A stretch of 64,000 nucleotides of DNA from Octopus vulgaris (GCA_951406725.2 OX597824.1:31558001-31622000), one strand, 5' to 3'; positions 12,791 to 27,864 are shown, counted from the stretch's first letter. Made by a program: numbers and translations. Notes: generated by a model from the letters alone, not told the origin.

Positions 12791-13105
12791 ATCCTCATCA
12801 TCATCATTTAGCGTCCGCTTTCCATGCTAGCATGGGTTGGACGGTTCAACTGGGGTCTGGGAGGCCAGAAGGCTGCACCAGGCCCAGTCTGATCTGGCAA
12901 TGTTTCTATGGCTGGATGCCCTTCCTAACGCCAACCACTCCGTGAGTGTAGTGGGTGCTTTTTACGTGCCACCAGCACAGGTGTGAGACGGGGCTGGCAA
13001 ACGGCCACAGTCGGATGGTGCTATTTACGTGCCACCGGCACGGGGGCCAGGCGAGGCTGGCAATGGCCACGATCGGATGATGCTTTTTACGTGCCACCAG
13101 CAGGA
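12787..13105 (-). mobile_element. RTE-type 3' tail with (ATG)n end and internal acgtgccacc repeats
   Basis: Similar to the 3' UTR of the RTE remnants at 20115 and 25595. Confidence 0.65.
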
Positions 13106-13729
13106 AAGAAAAGAAAAGAAAGAGGGTTTATTATATATATATATATATGTATATATACACGCATACATGTATTTATGAATTTGTGTTGCAGGATTCCTGA
13201 TATGAAACCGTGTGTTCAAATGCATATTTCGAGATGGTAATTTTTTTTTTCCAAATAAACTCATGCACTATATATTCATTCTCCACTCGTTTATTACTGT
13301 TCTTATTTTAGCTCATGTCTTTTATCTAGAAATCTTTCGTCACACATCTGTGACCTCTTCAGCGACACTTTCTCTCCTCATATGTACTCCTACTCCGCTT
13401 AGTCCATTCTGTTCTTCAATTTGTATCATTATAAGTGCGTGTGTTTGCGCCTGTATATATATATATATATGTGTGTATATATGTATATGTATATATATAT
13501 GTATCAAGGGTTGAACAGAAGGAACACATGAAAAAAAATTTAGACAGAAGCAAACGGAGCTTTAATCTAACTTTTTCTCCTTGTTATCTTCTTTCTGTTC
13601 AACCCTTGATACATCCTTGTAGCACAATACACACCCTGTTTATTTAATTTATATACACATATGTATATATGTATATATGCGTGTGTGTGTGTGTGTGTGT
13701 GTGAATATATATGTATATGCATATATGCA

Positions 13730-13794
<65 letters not shown>

Positions 13795-13940
13795 GTATGT
13801 ATGTATGTATGCATGCATGTGTGTATGTATGTATGCATGTATGTATGTATGTATGTATGTATGTATGTATGTATGTATGTATGTATGTATGTATGTATGT
13901 ATGTATGTATGTATGTATGTATGTATGTGTATGTATAGAA

Positions 13941-14360
13941 GCGCAGGCGTGGCTGTGTGGTAAGAAGTTTGTTTCCCAACCACATAGTTCCAGGTTCATT
14001 CCAACTGAGTATCTTTTCCTATATCCTAGAGCCGACCAAAGCCTTGTGAGTGGATTTGGTAGATGGAAACTGAAACAAGCCCGTCATGTAAACACACTCA
14101 CACACACACACACACACACATACCCACACTCGTGTGTGTGTGCATTTGTGTCCCCCCCCCACCCACTATCGGTTAACAACCGGTGCTGGTGTGTTTACGT
14201 CCCCATAACTTAGCGGTTCATCAAAAGAGACCAATAGAATAAGTCTTAGGCTTACAAAGAATGAGTCTTGACGTTGATTTGTTTCAACTGAAACTTCTTA
14301 AGATGTTGCTCCAGCATGGCCGCAGTGAAAATGACTAAAACAAGTAAAAGAATCAAAAAG
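13941..14360 (+). mobile_element. SINE family 1 copy
   Basis: Homologous to 5154-5552. Confidence 0.8.
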
Positions 14361-14371
14361 TATATATATAG

Positions 14372-14546
14372 GGGCAGGAGTGGGAGTGTGGTAAGTAGCT
14401 TGCTTACCAACTACATGGTTCCGGGTTCAGTCTGACTGCGTGGCACCTTGGGCAAGTGTCTTCTACTCTAGCCTCAGGCCGACCAAATCCTTGTGAGTGG
14501 ATTTGGTAGACGGAAACTGAAAGACGACTGTCGTATATACATATGT

Positions 14547-14605
<59 letters not shown>

Positions 14606-14808
14606 TGTGTTTGTCCCCCACCCAACATCGCTTGACAACCAATGCTAGTGTGTTTACGTCCCCATCACTTAGCAGTTCGGCAAGAGAGACCGATAGAATA
14701 AGTACTAGGCTTACAAAGAATAAGTGTCGAAGTCGATTTGCTCGACTAAAGGCGGTGCTCCAGCATGGCCACAGTCAAATGACTGAAACAAATAAAAGAA
14801 TGAAAGAA
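14372..14808 (+). mobile_element. SINE family 1 copy (head-to-tail with the previous one)
   Basis: Homologous to 5154-5552; internal (GT)n. Confidence 0.85.
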
Positions 14809-14809
14809 T

Positions 14810-14864
<55 letters not shown>

Positions 14865-15451
14865 CACACACAGGCACAGATAAATAGATAGATATTCTTT
14901 TCATCTTGTTGAGAATTTATTGACTTGACAAAATACCAAAAATGCATAGGAATAAGTGCAGTAGATAATCCAAACTCTAAATAATGCTTCGTACCTAATT
15001 TTTATCTTCTAGATAGAAAACAAAGTCATTTCTGGGAACATCTAAACTTTACCGCATATGCTTTATACGCACTTTTGACAAGTTGAGGTGCACCTGAGCA
15101 CTATATACAATAATTTCATCATTACATAAGGATGACGAAACTAAACACTGCAAGTTTTGTGCTGTCATTCGTATACCTTCAATGACAGAACTTAACACAT
15201 CTTTTCATCGCTCAACAAAATACTGAAAGTTTTCTAGTGTTTTATTTAGTGTAGACTCTATGTAACTTATCTAATTCACGACGAAGATGGTAAGAACACG
15301 CCTTCTGTTTAATGGGACAAAACCCATTATTCACTAGTGACAAAAAGAAATTTAAAAGATCATGTAGAGTTGTGTCCCTTGGAACTTGGAACTATTTCGT
15401 TGATCACAAATTTTAGAACGTAAAATATTCCATTATTTGCTTTATTATAAA

Positions 15452-15842
15452 CTAGCAGTATCGCCCGGCGTTGCTCGGGTTTGTTTCGACCCTTTAGAAT
15501 TGGAATTTTTGAAAAGTAAAAAATTTGCATTATGTAGCTTGTTATTCTCTTTAAGTGAACATTTTTCTGGTTGAAATACACCGAAAAAATGGCGACGCAG
15601 CTGTCAAAAAATCGTAAAAAATAGGGATTTTCATAGAACAAAAGCACCTTTTTGATGTAAATAATTTTTGGTGTTAACATGGTCCGATTTGAATTTTTTT
15701 CTTCTACGGAATGAAGAGCAAGCCTTCTATCATACTCTCAATTTTGGTCAACTTGCGCCGAAGGGTCTCGGAGGAGATTGTGCTAGTTGAAGGCTACCAA
15801 ACCTGCCCTACACAGACAACTTCAGCTTTATATATAGAGAGA
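15452..15842 (-). mobile_element. Non-autonomous Helitron
   Basis: Minus strand: A|TCTCTCTATATATAAAG start; 3' GC-rich hairpin CCCGAGCAACGCCGGG followed by CTAG|T. Confidence 0.8.
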
Positions 15843-16131
15843 TAAGTCCAACCGATTTTAGAAATCTGATTCACTACAACAGGATTTTCTTGCATTCTAT
15901 TAAGATAACACTTTGCATTTATCCATATAAGGATGAATTTGGTGATACACTGTACAAACCTATGTAATAAAATAGAAATACTTTACAAATGCATGTCCCA
16001 CCATACATAGGGCTATCACTCTAATTATCTCTCCCAACACTTTTCTCCCCACATGTTTGGATGTAGGAAATTATATCTTTCCTTGGTATGTAATATAACT
16101 ATACTTTTTATTTTATTTTATTTATATGTTT

Positions 16132-16298
16132 AGGCGTTGGAGTGGCTGTGTGGTAAGTAGCTTGCATATGAACCACATGGGTCCGGGTTCAGTCCCACTG
16201 CGTGGCATCTTGGGCAAGTGTCTTCTACTATAGCCTCCGGCCGACCACACTTTTGTGCGTGGATTTGGTAGACGGAAACTGAAAGAAGGCCGTCGTAT
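16132..16298 (+). mobile_element. SINE family 1, 5' half only
   Basis: tRNA-like head through gtcgtata. Confidence 0.75.
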
Positions 16299-16622
16299 AT
16301 ATTCCTTCTATATTATGTGTAAATTTTGTACACTTTATGTGTACTCTTCTACTCGTATTTTTTCTTATATTCATACTGACACAGCACCTTTACAACTCGA
16401 ATATCATTACGACCATACTGCCATTCGAAATCCTTCTCTTCTCTGAAATAATCTTTTTTATATATACTAAAACATAACTTCTGTATAACCAACACATTCC
16501 TATCCAAAGTCTTATTTTTGTTACTCCCTTTTCTCCGCTTATTTATCTCCCCTACATTTATTTTGGTCTATCTAACTTCATTTTCAAATTCGATTTTTCA
16601 CCTTTACATACTACTTTAATTG

Positions 16623-17115
16623 GGATCTTTTCGGTTTGAACGGCAGTTTTTTCTAGCGGTGTCATATGAAATTGTCACCCATAATTATGATCCTAGTATC
16701 GATCTATTGCATTTCAATCTGTTTTAGGGTTAGGGTTAGTTAGGGTTAGTTAGGGTTAGAGTTAGGGTTAGTTAGGGTTGGGGTTAGTTAGGGTTTGGGT
16801 TAGTTAGGGTTAGGGGTGGGGGGGAAGGGTATCTTTTTTTCTTCACAAATGTAAATAAACCGAATCTGTTTCTTAAACGAGAGACATATTCATACAGCAC
16901 AGAATGTTTTCACCTGAATAAACGTCATAGATTGGTTGAAATTGCAGAAAGTGAAGAAAAAAAAACAACAAATATCTTACAAACTATAGAATTTTCTCAA
17001 TAAAGCCAAGAGAAAAAGATGTTTTATAAACACATTCTACCAGTATACGAAGTTTAAAAGTGTTTAGTTACGTGGAAATTATTTTTAAAAACTGGCGGTC
17101 AAACCGAAAAGATCC
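16623..17115. mobile_element. MITE with GGATCTTTTC termini, 8-bp TSD and internal TTAGGG-like array (possibly Merlin-like)
   Basis: TIRs ggatcttttcggtttgaacggcagtttt / aaaactggcggtcaaaccgaaaagatcc; TSD TTTAATTG at 16615-16622 and 17116-17123. Confidence 0.88.
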
Positions 17116-17879
17116 TTTAATTGTAATATTAACTACTGCTTTTTCTGTTTTTACACATTTTTTTCTACGCTATCATTAATACGTGTTACCTGATATGATC
17201 TTTTTATTCAAACATTAGTCCTTTATATACATCGTCTTCTATAACTCATTCTCCCTCCTCTATTCCTTCAACCATTTGTTTACGTTAACAATCTAGTATT
17301 ACCTTCTCATATACCACTTCCTCACGCTAAACTTTATTCATATGTATAGAATTTTTTTAAAAGATACATTATACTACGTACTGATTTCAACGGTTTGTTC
17401 TTATTTTAATTAAAATTCTGAATTGTCTTCCCATTGGATATTTTTAATACTTATTTGCCCTACGCTATTTATACGGAGCTATAATTCTAATTTCCATTCT
17501 CATCCATAGAGGGAACATCTCCGATACCTCTTTACTTATATCTTCGAATAACCGTTGAAGTCGTTAGTTATGGTTAAATACCCGACATGACTCCCGTCTC
17601 TTTTTCACACGGATACCAATATGAATCTCCTAGATGCAATTTTCCTCCTATATTTCTTTTTTAAGTTCCTTGTGTTATGGTTTCTTTCTTTCCTGCACTG
17701 AAAAGGACGTTGATATTCAATTAATCTAATTTAAATCAATCATGAATTTCATTTCTTATTATATCTATGTACGAAACGATCTTCTGCAAGAATTAAACTT
17801 CTTATAAATTTTAACAACTTGTCTCCTCCATTTTTAATAAAATTGATGGGATTTATGAAACTTCATTCCATAAATTCAC

Positions 17880-17935
<56 letters not shown>

Positions 17936-17937
<2 letters not shown>

Positions 17938-18817
17938 GTATAGGAAAGAATGGAGCTGAACGAAGATTTAACAAAATTCCTTTATTTTATTTTCGACATA
18001 TGTTTCGAAGTCTGCAAAGCCCCTAATTCCGAGTGAATAAGGAGTCCATTATGCAGCTTTCTCTTCAGGAAAATCCAGGAACTTAATTCTCCAACAAAAT
18101 GCACAACAAGCTTTTCGACGACTGCTCACGAGGAGCCCATAAAAATAATGATAAATAATGTCTAATTATAGGGTTTGAGGCTAGATTGGATGAAAGCAGA
18201 AGAAATTGTCCGTTGACATAGTTCAAGGGCAGAATCAAGGTAGGAGAAGGAAGGTATAGGAAACTTAAAGAGAGTGAATGTATTCTGTATGATTGGTGTT
18301 TATATTTGATTTATTTTATAAATGAGTGCTCGAATGTATGAGTGTGTAAAACTGCCTTAATGTGTGTGTGTGTGCGTCATTGAATGCGTGAAAGTGTGTG
18401 TGGAAGGCAGAGAGAGAGAGAGATAGCAAGAATTAACGGTCAAGAACTGAAAAGACTGTGTCTGTGTGTTCGAATGTGACAACTTAATAGGGAGAGGGCG
18501 GCCACAATAGCAATGACAAGATACAAGGTTACTGTTGGGATTGGTAGTAGTTCTTGGCAACTATGAGAAAGTCTTTTATACTAAAAGGGATGAGATATCA
18601 CCTTTCAAATTTTCTTAGGAAATCCAGGGGTTATTTATATTAGACTTCATTGGTATGAGAGAAAGGTATGCTTTTTCCAGTGTAGGTATCTGAAAGAACT
18701 CTCGACAATCGAGTTTATTAGTCGGCCTCGGGCAAACAGAATATGAAAGAGTTCGGAATTAGATAGGGCACAGATATTTTTGCCCTTATCAAACGATAAA
18801 GACACCGATAATATTGA

Positions 18818-18819
<2 letters not shown>
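17936..18819 (-). mobile_element. Penelope-like 3' fragment (ORF C-terminus, UTR, HHR), unit 1 of a 960-bp tandem, in (TA)n
   Basis: Minus peptide [42 protein letters not shown] resembles the W-I..C-LC..E..LN..E..CxH..K end of PLE endonuclease ORFs. Confidence 0.75.
17989..18074 (-). ncRNA. Type I hammerhead ribozyme
   Basis: Minus: attttc-CTGAAGA-gaaagctgca...tgcagacttc-GAAA-catatg-TC|gaaaat; 6-bp stem I, long stem II, palindromic stem III, GUC triplet. Confidence 0.85.
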
Positions 18820-19876
<1,057 letters not shown>

Positions 19877-19892
19877 CATACATATATATATA

Positions 19893-20101
19893 TGACCTCG
19901 TGTGTACAGTTGGCGATTTTTTTTCCGCTGTCTTCCCTTCTCTGGATCTTTCCTTCTCCTATGTTTCCGACGAAGAGCTCCGCTCGAAACGTTAAACCCT
20001 CCTTCTTTCCTTCTTTCCTGAGCGTCCAATAATACTATATTTGTTCCACGTCCTCGCGTTGTTGTGGGGGTTTTTTTTGTGCTTTCTTGTTTGGATTAAC
20101 T
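19893..20101 (+). mobile_element. ~200-bp HHR-bearing element in (TA)n (PLE terminal-repeat-like)
   Basis: Homologous to 30818-31030 and 50446-50637; gttt-CCGACGA-agagctccgctc-GAAA-cg-TT|aaac at 19963-19997. Confidence 0.7.
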
Positions 20102-20114
20102 TTATATATATATA

Positions 20115-21365
20115 TCATCGTCATCATCATCATCATTTAACGTCTGTTTCCATGCTGGCATGCGTTGGGCGGTTTGACTGAAAACTGCTAAGCTGGGGAG
20201 CTGCGCCAGGTTTCAATCTGATTTGGCGTGGCTTCTACGGCTGGATGTCCTTCATAACACCAACCACTCCAAGAGTGAAGTGGGTGCTTTGTAAGTGCCA
20301 CCAACACAGGTGCTGGTTACGAAACACAGGCATCAACCATGACTACAATCTAACTTGGCTTGACAGGTCTTCTCAAGCACAGTATATTCCCAAATTTCTC
20401 AGTCACTTGTCACGGCCTTCGTGAAGCCCAGAGTTCGAAAAGTACTTTTTACATGTCACTAGCACAGGTGCTAGTTACGCGAATATGATTTTACTTGGCT
20501 TGACGGGTCTTCTCAAGCACAGCATATCGCCCAACGCCTAGTTATAAGTAGTAGGTCGTCCCTATAAAGACCACCCTCTATATTCATAAATTCTATTTCT
20601 AGTTTAGATAAGAGATATAAATCTACGAAATCAGTAACCTCGGCTGAATCCAGAACTCGAGGAGAAGTTTTAGGTGTGGAAACAAGGATTAGAATCAAAG
20701 GGCCTTAGAGTCAACCTAGCTAAAACCAAAGTCCTAAGTAGGAAGGCAGGCAAACCATAAATCCCTTCAGGTAGATGGCTCTGCTCGATCTGTAGTATAG
20801 GCGTAGGTAGAAACTCTATAAGATATACCCAGTGTACCCATGGGTATATCAAAACAATCTAGTGTCTTTTCTTGCCCATAGCTTATCTTTATATTTTATG
20901 ATAGACTTCCTCGCAGCCAACACTACTTTTACTTTTTCAAATGACATGCCACCGGCCCGAGTGCCAGTTATGTGACACTGGCATCGGCCATGATTGCATT
21001 TTCACTTGGCTTGATGGGTCTTCTCAAACACGGCATATCACCAAAGGTCTCAGTCAGCAGCCATTGCTTCCGTGATGCCCAGCGTTGGGAGATCGTGCTT
21101 CACCACCTCGTCCGATGTCTTCCTGGGTCTACCTCTTCCACAGGTACCCTCTACTGTCAGAGATCGGCACTTCACACAGCTGTCCTCATCCATACGCATC
21201 ACATAACCATACCAGCGCAGTTATCTCTCTATTCTGGACTACCTCTATGACCTTATCCAACCAAGAAGTATGCCCACACCACTTACCCTGTCACTGTTAC
21301 CTTCACAGAAGATTTTAAACCTATGTGTTTTGCCTGTTAAGTAACTGGCTGAAGCTCCTCTCCAC
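20115..21365 (-). mobile_element. RTE LINE 3' end, interrupted by a Penelope-RT/RTE composite (~20539-20945)
   Basis: Minus peptide WYGYVMRMDED..GRGRPRKT and (ATG)n tail; insert encodes EVTDFVDLYLL..GGLYRDDLL (PLE RT). Confidence 0.75.
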
Positions 21366-21621
21366 CTTACCTTATATATACAGATGTATGTATGTATGTA
21401 TGTATGTATGTATGTATGTATGTATGTATGTATGTATGTATGTATGTATGTATGTATATATGTATGTATGTAAGTATGTATGTATGTATGCATGCATGTG
21501 TGTATGTATGTATGCATGTATGTATGTATGTATGTATGTATGCATGTATGTATGTATGTATGTATGTATGTATGTATGTATGTATGTATGTATGTATGTA
21601 TGTATGTATGTGTATGTATAG

Positions 21622-22238
21622 AAGCGCAGGCGTGGCTGTGTGGTAAGAAGTTTGTTTCCCAACCACATAGTTGGTTCATTCCAACTGCGTGGCACCTTTG
21701 CTGAGTATCTTTTCCTATATCCTAGAGCCGACCAAAGCCTTGTGAGTGGATTTGGTAGACGGAAACTGAAACAAGCCCGTCATGTAAACACACTCACACA
21801 CACACACACATACCCACACTCGTGTGTGTGTGTATTTGTGTGTTTGTGTCCCCCCACCCACTATCGGTTAACAACCGGTGTTGGTGTGTTTACGTCCCCA
21901 TAACTTAGCGGTTCATCAAAAGAGACCAATAGAATAAGTCTTAGGCTTACAAAGAATGAGTCTTGACGTTGATTTGTTTCAACTGAAACTTCTTAAGATG
22001 TTGCTCCAGCATGGCCGCAGTGAAAATGACTAAAACAAGTAAAAGAATCAAAAAGTATATATATAGGGGCAGGAGTGGGAGTGTGGTAAGTAGCTTGCTT
22101 ACCAACTACATGGTTCCGGGTTCAGTCTGACTGCGTGGCACCTTGAGCAAGTGTCTTCTACTATAGCCTCGGGCCGACCGAAGCCTTGTGAGTGGATTTG
22201 GTAGACGGAAACTGAAAGAAGACTGTCGTATATACATA

Positions 22239-22303
<65 letters not shown>

Positions 22304-22517
22304 TTGTGTGTCTGTGTTTGTTCCCCCCCTCCAACATCGCTTGACAACCAATGCTAGTGTGTTTACGTCCCCATCACTTAGCAGTTCGGCAAGAGAGACC
22401 GATAGAATAAGTACTAGGCTTACAAAGAATAAGTGCCGAGGTCGATTTGCTCGACTAAAGGCGGTGCTCCAGCATGGCCACAGTCAAATGACTGAAACAA
22501 ATAAAAGAATGAAAGAA
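21622..22517 (+). mobile_element. Two tandem SINE family 1 copies (duplicate of 13941-14808)
   Basis: Direct homology. Confidence 0.85.
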
Positions 22518-23127
22518 TGTGTACACACACATACACACACACACACACACAAACGCACACACAGGCACAGATAAATAGATAGATATTCTTTTCATCTTGT
22601 TGAGAATTTATTGACTTGACAAAATACCAAAAATGCATAGGAATAAGTGCAGTAGATAATCCAAACTCTAAATAATGCTTCGTACCTAATTTTTATCTTC
22701 TAGATAGAAAACAAAGTCATTTCTGGGAACATCTAAACTTTACCGCATATGCTTTATACGCACTTTTGACAAGTTGAGGTGCACCTGAGCACTATATACA
22801 ATAATTTCATCATTACATAAGGATGACGAAACTAAACACTTCAAGTTTTGTGTTCTGTCATTCGTATACCTTCAATGACAGAACTTAACACGTCTTTTCA
22901 TCGCTCAACAAAATACTGAAAGTAGTGTAGACTCTATGTAATTTATCTAATTCACAACGAAGATGGTAAGAACACGCCTTCTGTTTAATGGGACAAAACC
23001 CATTATTCACTAGTGACAAAAAGAAATTTAAAAGATCATGTAGAGTTGTGTCTCTTGGAACTTGGAACTATTTCGTTGATCACAAATTTTAGAACGTAAA
23101 ATATTCCATTATTTGCTTTATTATAAA

Positions 23128-23499
23128 CTAGCAGTATCGCCCGGCGTTGCTTGGGTTTGTTTCGACCCTTTAGAATTGGAATTTTTGGAAAGTAAAAATT
23201 TTGCATTATGTAGCTTGTTATTCTCTTTAAGTGAATATTTTTCTGGTTGAAATACACCGGAAAATGGCGACACAGCAGTCAAAAAATCGTAAAAAATAGG
23301 GATTTTCATAGAACAAAAGCACCTTTGGTGTTAACATGGTCCGATTTGAATTTTTTTGTTCTACGGAATGAAGAGCAAGCCTTCTATCATACTCTCAATT
23401 TTGGTCAACTTGCGCCGAAGGGTCTCGGAGGAGATTGTACTAGTTGAAGGCTACCAAACCTGCCCTACACAGATAACTTCAGCTTTATATATAGAGAGA
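23128..23499 (-). mobile_element. Non-autonomous Helitron (duplicate of 15452-15842)
   Basis: Same termini; small internal deletion. Confidence 0.8.
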
Positions 23500-23789
23500 T
23501 AAGTCCAACCGATTTTAGAAATCTGATTCACTAAAACAGGATTTTCTTGCATTCTATTAAGATAACACTTTGCATTTATCCATATAAGGATGAATTTGGT
23601 GATACACTGTACAAACCTATGTAATAAAATAGAAATACTTTACAAATGCATGTCCCACCATACATAGGGCTATCACTCTAATTATCTCTCCCAACACTTT
23701 TCCCCCCACATGTTTGGATGTAGGAAATTATATCTTTCCTTGGTATGTAATATAACTATACTTTTTATTTTATTTTATTTATATGTTTA

Positions 23790-23958
23790 GGCGTTGGAGT
23801 GGCTGTGTGGTAAGTAGCTTGCATATGAACCACATGGGTCCGGGTTCAGTCCCACTGCGTGGCATCTTGGGCAAGTGTCTTCTACTATAGCCTCCGGCCG
23901 ACTACACCTTTGTGAGTGGATTTGGTAGACGGAAACTGAAAGAAGCCCGTCGTATATA
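23790..23958 (+). mobile_element. SINE family 1, 5' half (duplicate of 16132)
   Basis: Direct homology. Confidence 0.75.
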
Positions 23959-24279
23959 TTCCTTCTATATTATGTGTAAATTTTGTACACTTTATGTGTA
24001 CTCTTCTACTCGTATTTTTTCTTATATTCATACTGACACAGCACCTTTACAACTCGAATATCATTACGACCATACTGCCATTCGAAATCCTTCTCTCCTC
24101 TGAAATAATCTTTTTTATATATACTAAAACATAACTTCTGTATAACCAACACATTCCTATCCAAAGTTTTATTTTTGTTACTCCCTTTTCTCCGCTTATT
24201 TATCTCCCCTACATTTATTTTGGTCTATCTAACTTCATTTTCAAATTCGATTTTTCACCTTTACATACTACTTTAATTG

Positions 24280-24770
24280 GGATCTTTTCGGTTTGAACGG
24301 CAGTTTTTTCTAGCGGTGTCATATGAAATTGTCACCCATAATTATGACCCTAGTATCGATCTATTGCATTTCAATCTGTTTTAGGGTTAGGGTTAGTTAG
24401 GGTTAGTTAGGGTTAGAGTTAGGGTTAGTTAGGGTTGGGGTTAGTTAGGGTTTGGGTTAGTTAGGGTTAGGGGTGGGGGGAAGGGTATCTTCTTTTCTTC
24501 ACAAATGTAAATAAACCCAATCTGTTTCTTAAACGAGAGACATATTCATACGGCACAGAATGTTTTCACCTCAATAAACGTCATAGATTGGTTGAAATTG
24601 CAGAAATTGAAGAAAAAAAACAACAAATATCTTACAAACTATAGAATTTTCTCAATAAAGCCAAGAGAAAAAGATGTTTTATAAACACATTCTACCAGTA
24701 TACGAAGTTTTAAAGTGTTTAGTTACGTGGAAATTATTTTAAAAAACTGGCGGTCAAACCGAAAAGATCC
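24280..24770. mobile_element. GGATC-ended MITE with TTAGGG-like array (duplicate of 16623-17115)
   Basis: Same TIRs and the same TTTAATTG TSD. Confidence 0.88.
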
Positions 24771-25540
24771 TTTAATTGTAATATTAACTACTGCTTTTTC
24801 TGTTTTTTCTACGCTATCATTAATACGTGTTACCTGATATGATTTTTTATTCAAACATTAGTCCTTTATATACATCGTCTTCTATAACTCATTCTCCCTC
24901 CTCTATTCCTTCAACCATTTGTTTACGTTAACAATCTAGTATTACCTTCTCATATACTACTTCCTCACGCTAAACTTTATTCATATGTATAGAATTTTTT
25001 TTAAAAATACATTATACTACGTACTGATTTCAACGGTTTGTTCTTATTTTAATTAAAATTCAGAATTGTCTTCCCATTGGATATTTTTAATACTTATTTG
25101 CCCTACGCTATTTATACGGAGCTATAATTCTAATTCCCATACTCATCCATAGAGGGAACATCTCCGATACCTCTTTACTTATATCTTCGAATAACCGTTG
25201 AAGTCGTTAGTTATGGTTAAATACCCGACATGACTCCCGTCTCTTTCTCACACGGATACCAATATGAATCTCCTAGATGCAATTTTCCTCCTATATTTCT
25301 TTTTTAAGTTCCTTGTGTTATGGTTTCTTTCTTTCCTGCACTGAAAAGGACGTTGATATTTAATTAATCTAATTTAAATCAATCATGAATTTCATTTCTT
25401 ATTATATCTATGTACGAAACGATCTTCTGCAAGAATTAAACTTCTTATAAATTTTAACAACTTGTCTCCTCCATTTTTAATAAAATTGATGGGATTTATG
25501 AAACTTCATTCCATAAATTCACCATACATTATATATATAT

Positions 25541-25592
<52 letters not shown>

Positions 25593-25594
25593 TA

Positions 25595-26850
25595 TCGTCA
25601 TCATCATCATCATCATTTAACGTCCGTTTCCATGCTGGCATGCGTTGGGCGGTTTGACTGAAAACTGCTAAGCTGGGGAGTTGCGCCAGGTTTCAATCTG
25701 ATTTGGCGTGGCTTCTACGGCTGGATGTCCTTCATAACACCAACCACTCCAAGAGTGAAGTGGGTGCTTTTGTAAGTGCCACCAACACAGGTGCTGGTTA
25801 CGAAACACAGGCATCAACCATGACTACAATCTAACTTGGCTTGACAGGTCTTCTCAAGCACAGTATATTCCCAAATTTCTCAGTCACTTGTCACGGCCTT
25901 CGTGAAGCCCAGAGTTCGAAAAGTACTTTTTACATGTCACTAGCACAGGTGCCAGTTACGCGAATATGATTTTACTTGGCTTGACGGGTCTTCTCAAGCA
26001 CAGCATATCGCCCAACGCCTAGTTATAAGTAGTAGGTCGTCCCTATAAAGACCACCCTCTATATTCATAAATTCTATTTCTAGTTTAGATAAGAGATATA
26101 AATCTACGAAATCAGTAACCTCGGCTGAATCCAGAACTCGAGGAGAAGTTTTAGGTGTGGAAACAAGGATTAGAATCAAAGGGCCTTAGAGTCAACCTAG
26201 CTAAAACCAAAGTCCTAAGTAGGAAGGCAGGCAAACCATAAATCCCTTCAGGTAGATGGCTCTGCTCGATCTGTAGTATAGGCGTAGGTAGAAACTCTAT
26301 AAGATATACCCAGTGTACCCATGGGTATATAAAAACAATCTCTAGTGTCTTTTCTTGCCCATAGCTTATCTTTATATTTTATGATTGATTTCCTCGCAGC
26401 CAACACCACTTTTACTTTTTCAAATGATATGCCACCGGCCCGAGTGCCAGTTATGTGACACTGGCATCGGCCATGATTGCATTTTCACTTGGCTTGATGG
26501 GTCTTCTCAAACATGGCATATCACCAAAGGTCTCAGTCAGCAGCCATTGCTTCCGTGATGCCCAGCGTTGGGAGATCGTGCTTCACCACCTCGTCCGATG
26601 TCTTCCTGGGTCTACCTCTTCCACAGATCCCCTCTACTGTCAGAGATCGGCACTTCACACCAGCTGTCCTCATCAATACGCATCACATAACCATACAAGC
26701 GCAGTTATTTCTCTTCTGGACAACCTCTATGACCTTATCCAACCAAGAAGTATGCCCACATCACTTACCCTGTCACTGTTACCTTCACAGAAGATTTTAA
26801 ACCTATGTGTCTGGCCTGTGAAGAACCTGGCTGAAGCTCCTCTCCTTACC
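25595..26850 (-). mobile_element. RTE 3' end plus Penelope-RT composite (duplicate of 20115-21365)
   Basis: Direct homology. Confidence 0.75.
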
Positions 26851-26967
26851 TTATATATACAGATGTATGTATGTATGTATGTATGTATGTATGTATGTAT
26901 GTATGTATGTATGTATGTATGTATGTATGTATGTATGTATGTATGTATATATGTATGTATGTATGTA

Positions 26968-27406
26968 GAATGGAGGATAGAAGGATTCCAAAGCAGATGC
27001 TCTATGGAGAACTTGTGAATGGAAGGAGACTGCAGCAGAAACCAAGGCTGCGATTTAAGGACTGTGTCAAGTCCTCGTTAAAGGCCTTTGATATGCAGGA
27101 CACTGACTGGGAGAACAATGCCTGTCATCGCCACAGATGGAGGAAGCAGGTTAAGGAGGGGATTGACACTTTTGAGAGAGCACGTATCCAGCATGAAGAA
27201 CTTAAGCGAGCTGCGCGAAAGCGCACGGCTCGTATAGTGAATGGGGAAAGCTTGGTCTGCAATGTTTGCAGTCGTATATGTTTGTCAAGAGCAGGGCTCA
27301 TTAGCCACCAACGCAGCCGCAAATGCAAAATATAAGTTAATCTTAGAGCGCACAATGTTCCTGAAGGTCGGCAATGGTCTTCCTCGGTCACGAGTGGACG
27401 GCCATC
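26968..27406 (+). mobile_element. RTE (BovB-like) LINE 3' fragment inside (ATGT)n
   Basis: MEDRRIPKQMLYGEL..KPRLRFKD..C-x2-C..GLISH* open to the stop at 27335; flanked by ATGT arrays. Confidence 0.85.
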
Positions 27407-27832
27407 ATGTATGTATGTATGTATGTATGTATGTATGTATGTATGTATGTATGTATGTGTGTATGTGTGTATGTATGTATGTATGTATGTATGTATGTAT
27501 GTATGTATGTATGTATGTATGTATGTATGTGTGTGTGAGAGAGAGAGTGTGTGTGTGTTTTGTGTATAGCCATCTAAGAATTCGTAAGTCGGAAAAAACA
27601 TGTTTATAGAGTGGGCATATTAACTGAAGTGTATAGTATTATATAACCACAAGTATATGCATGTCATAAAAAATGCTGACAGTTTTACTAATGACACAAA
27701 TTGGTGCATCAGCACAATGGGAGAAACCATTAATTGATGCCAGCAATCTAGTAAATATATGTACATACAGAGAACTGACGCATTTGAAGAATCAGGTGCA
27801 GTCGTACTGCCTTGGAAAATATTTCCCACAAA

Positions 27833-27864
<32 letters not shown>

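Larger units (their letters stand above)
21385..26865. repeat. Tandem segmental duplication, copy 2
   Basis: Same ordered series of SINEs, Helitron, MITE and RTE remnant, with small indels and substitutions. Confidence 0.92.

Noticed and set aside
16724-16820. True telomere or chromosome-fusion relic
   Set aside because: Short, degenerate, single orientation and enclosed within a TIR/TSD element.
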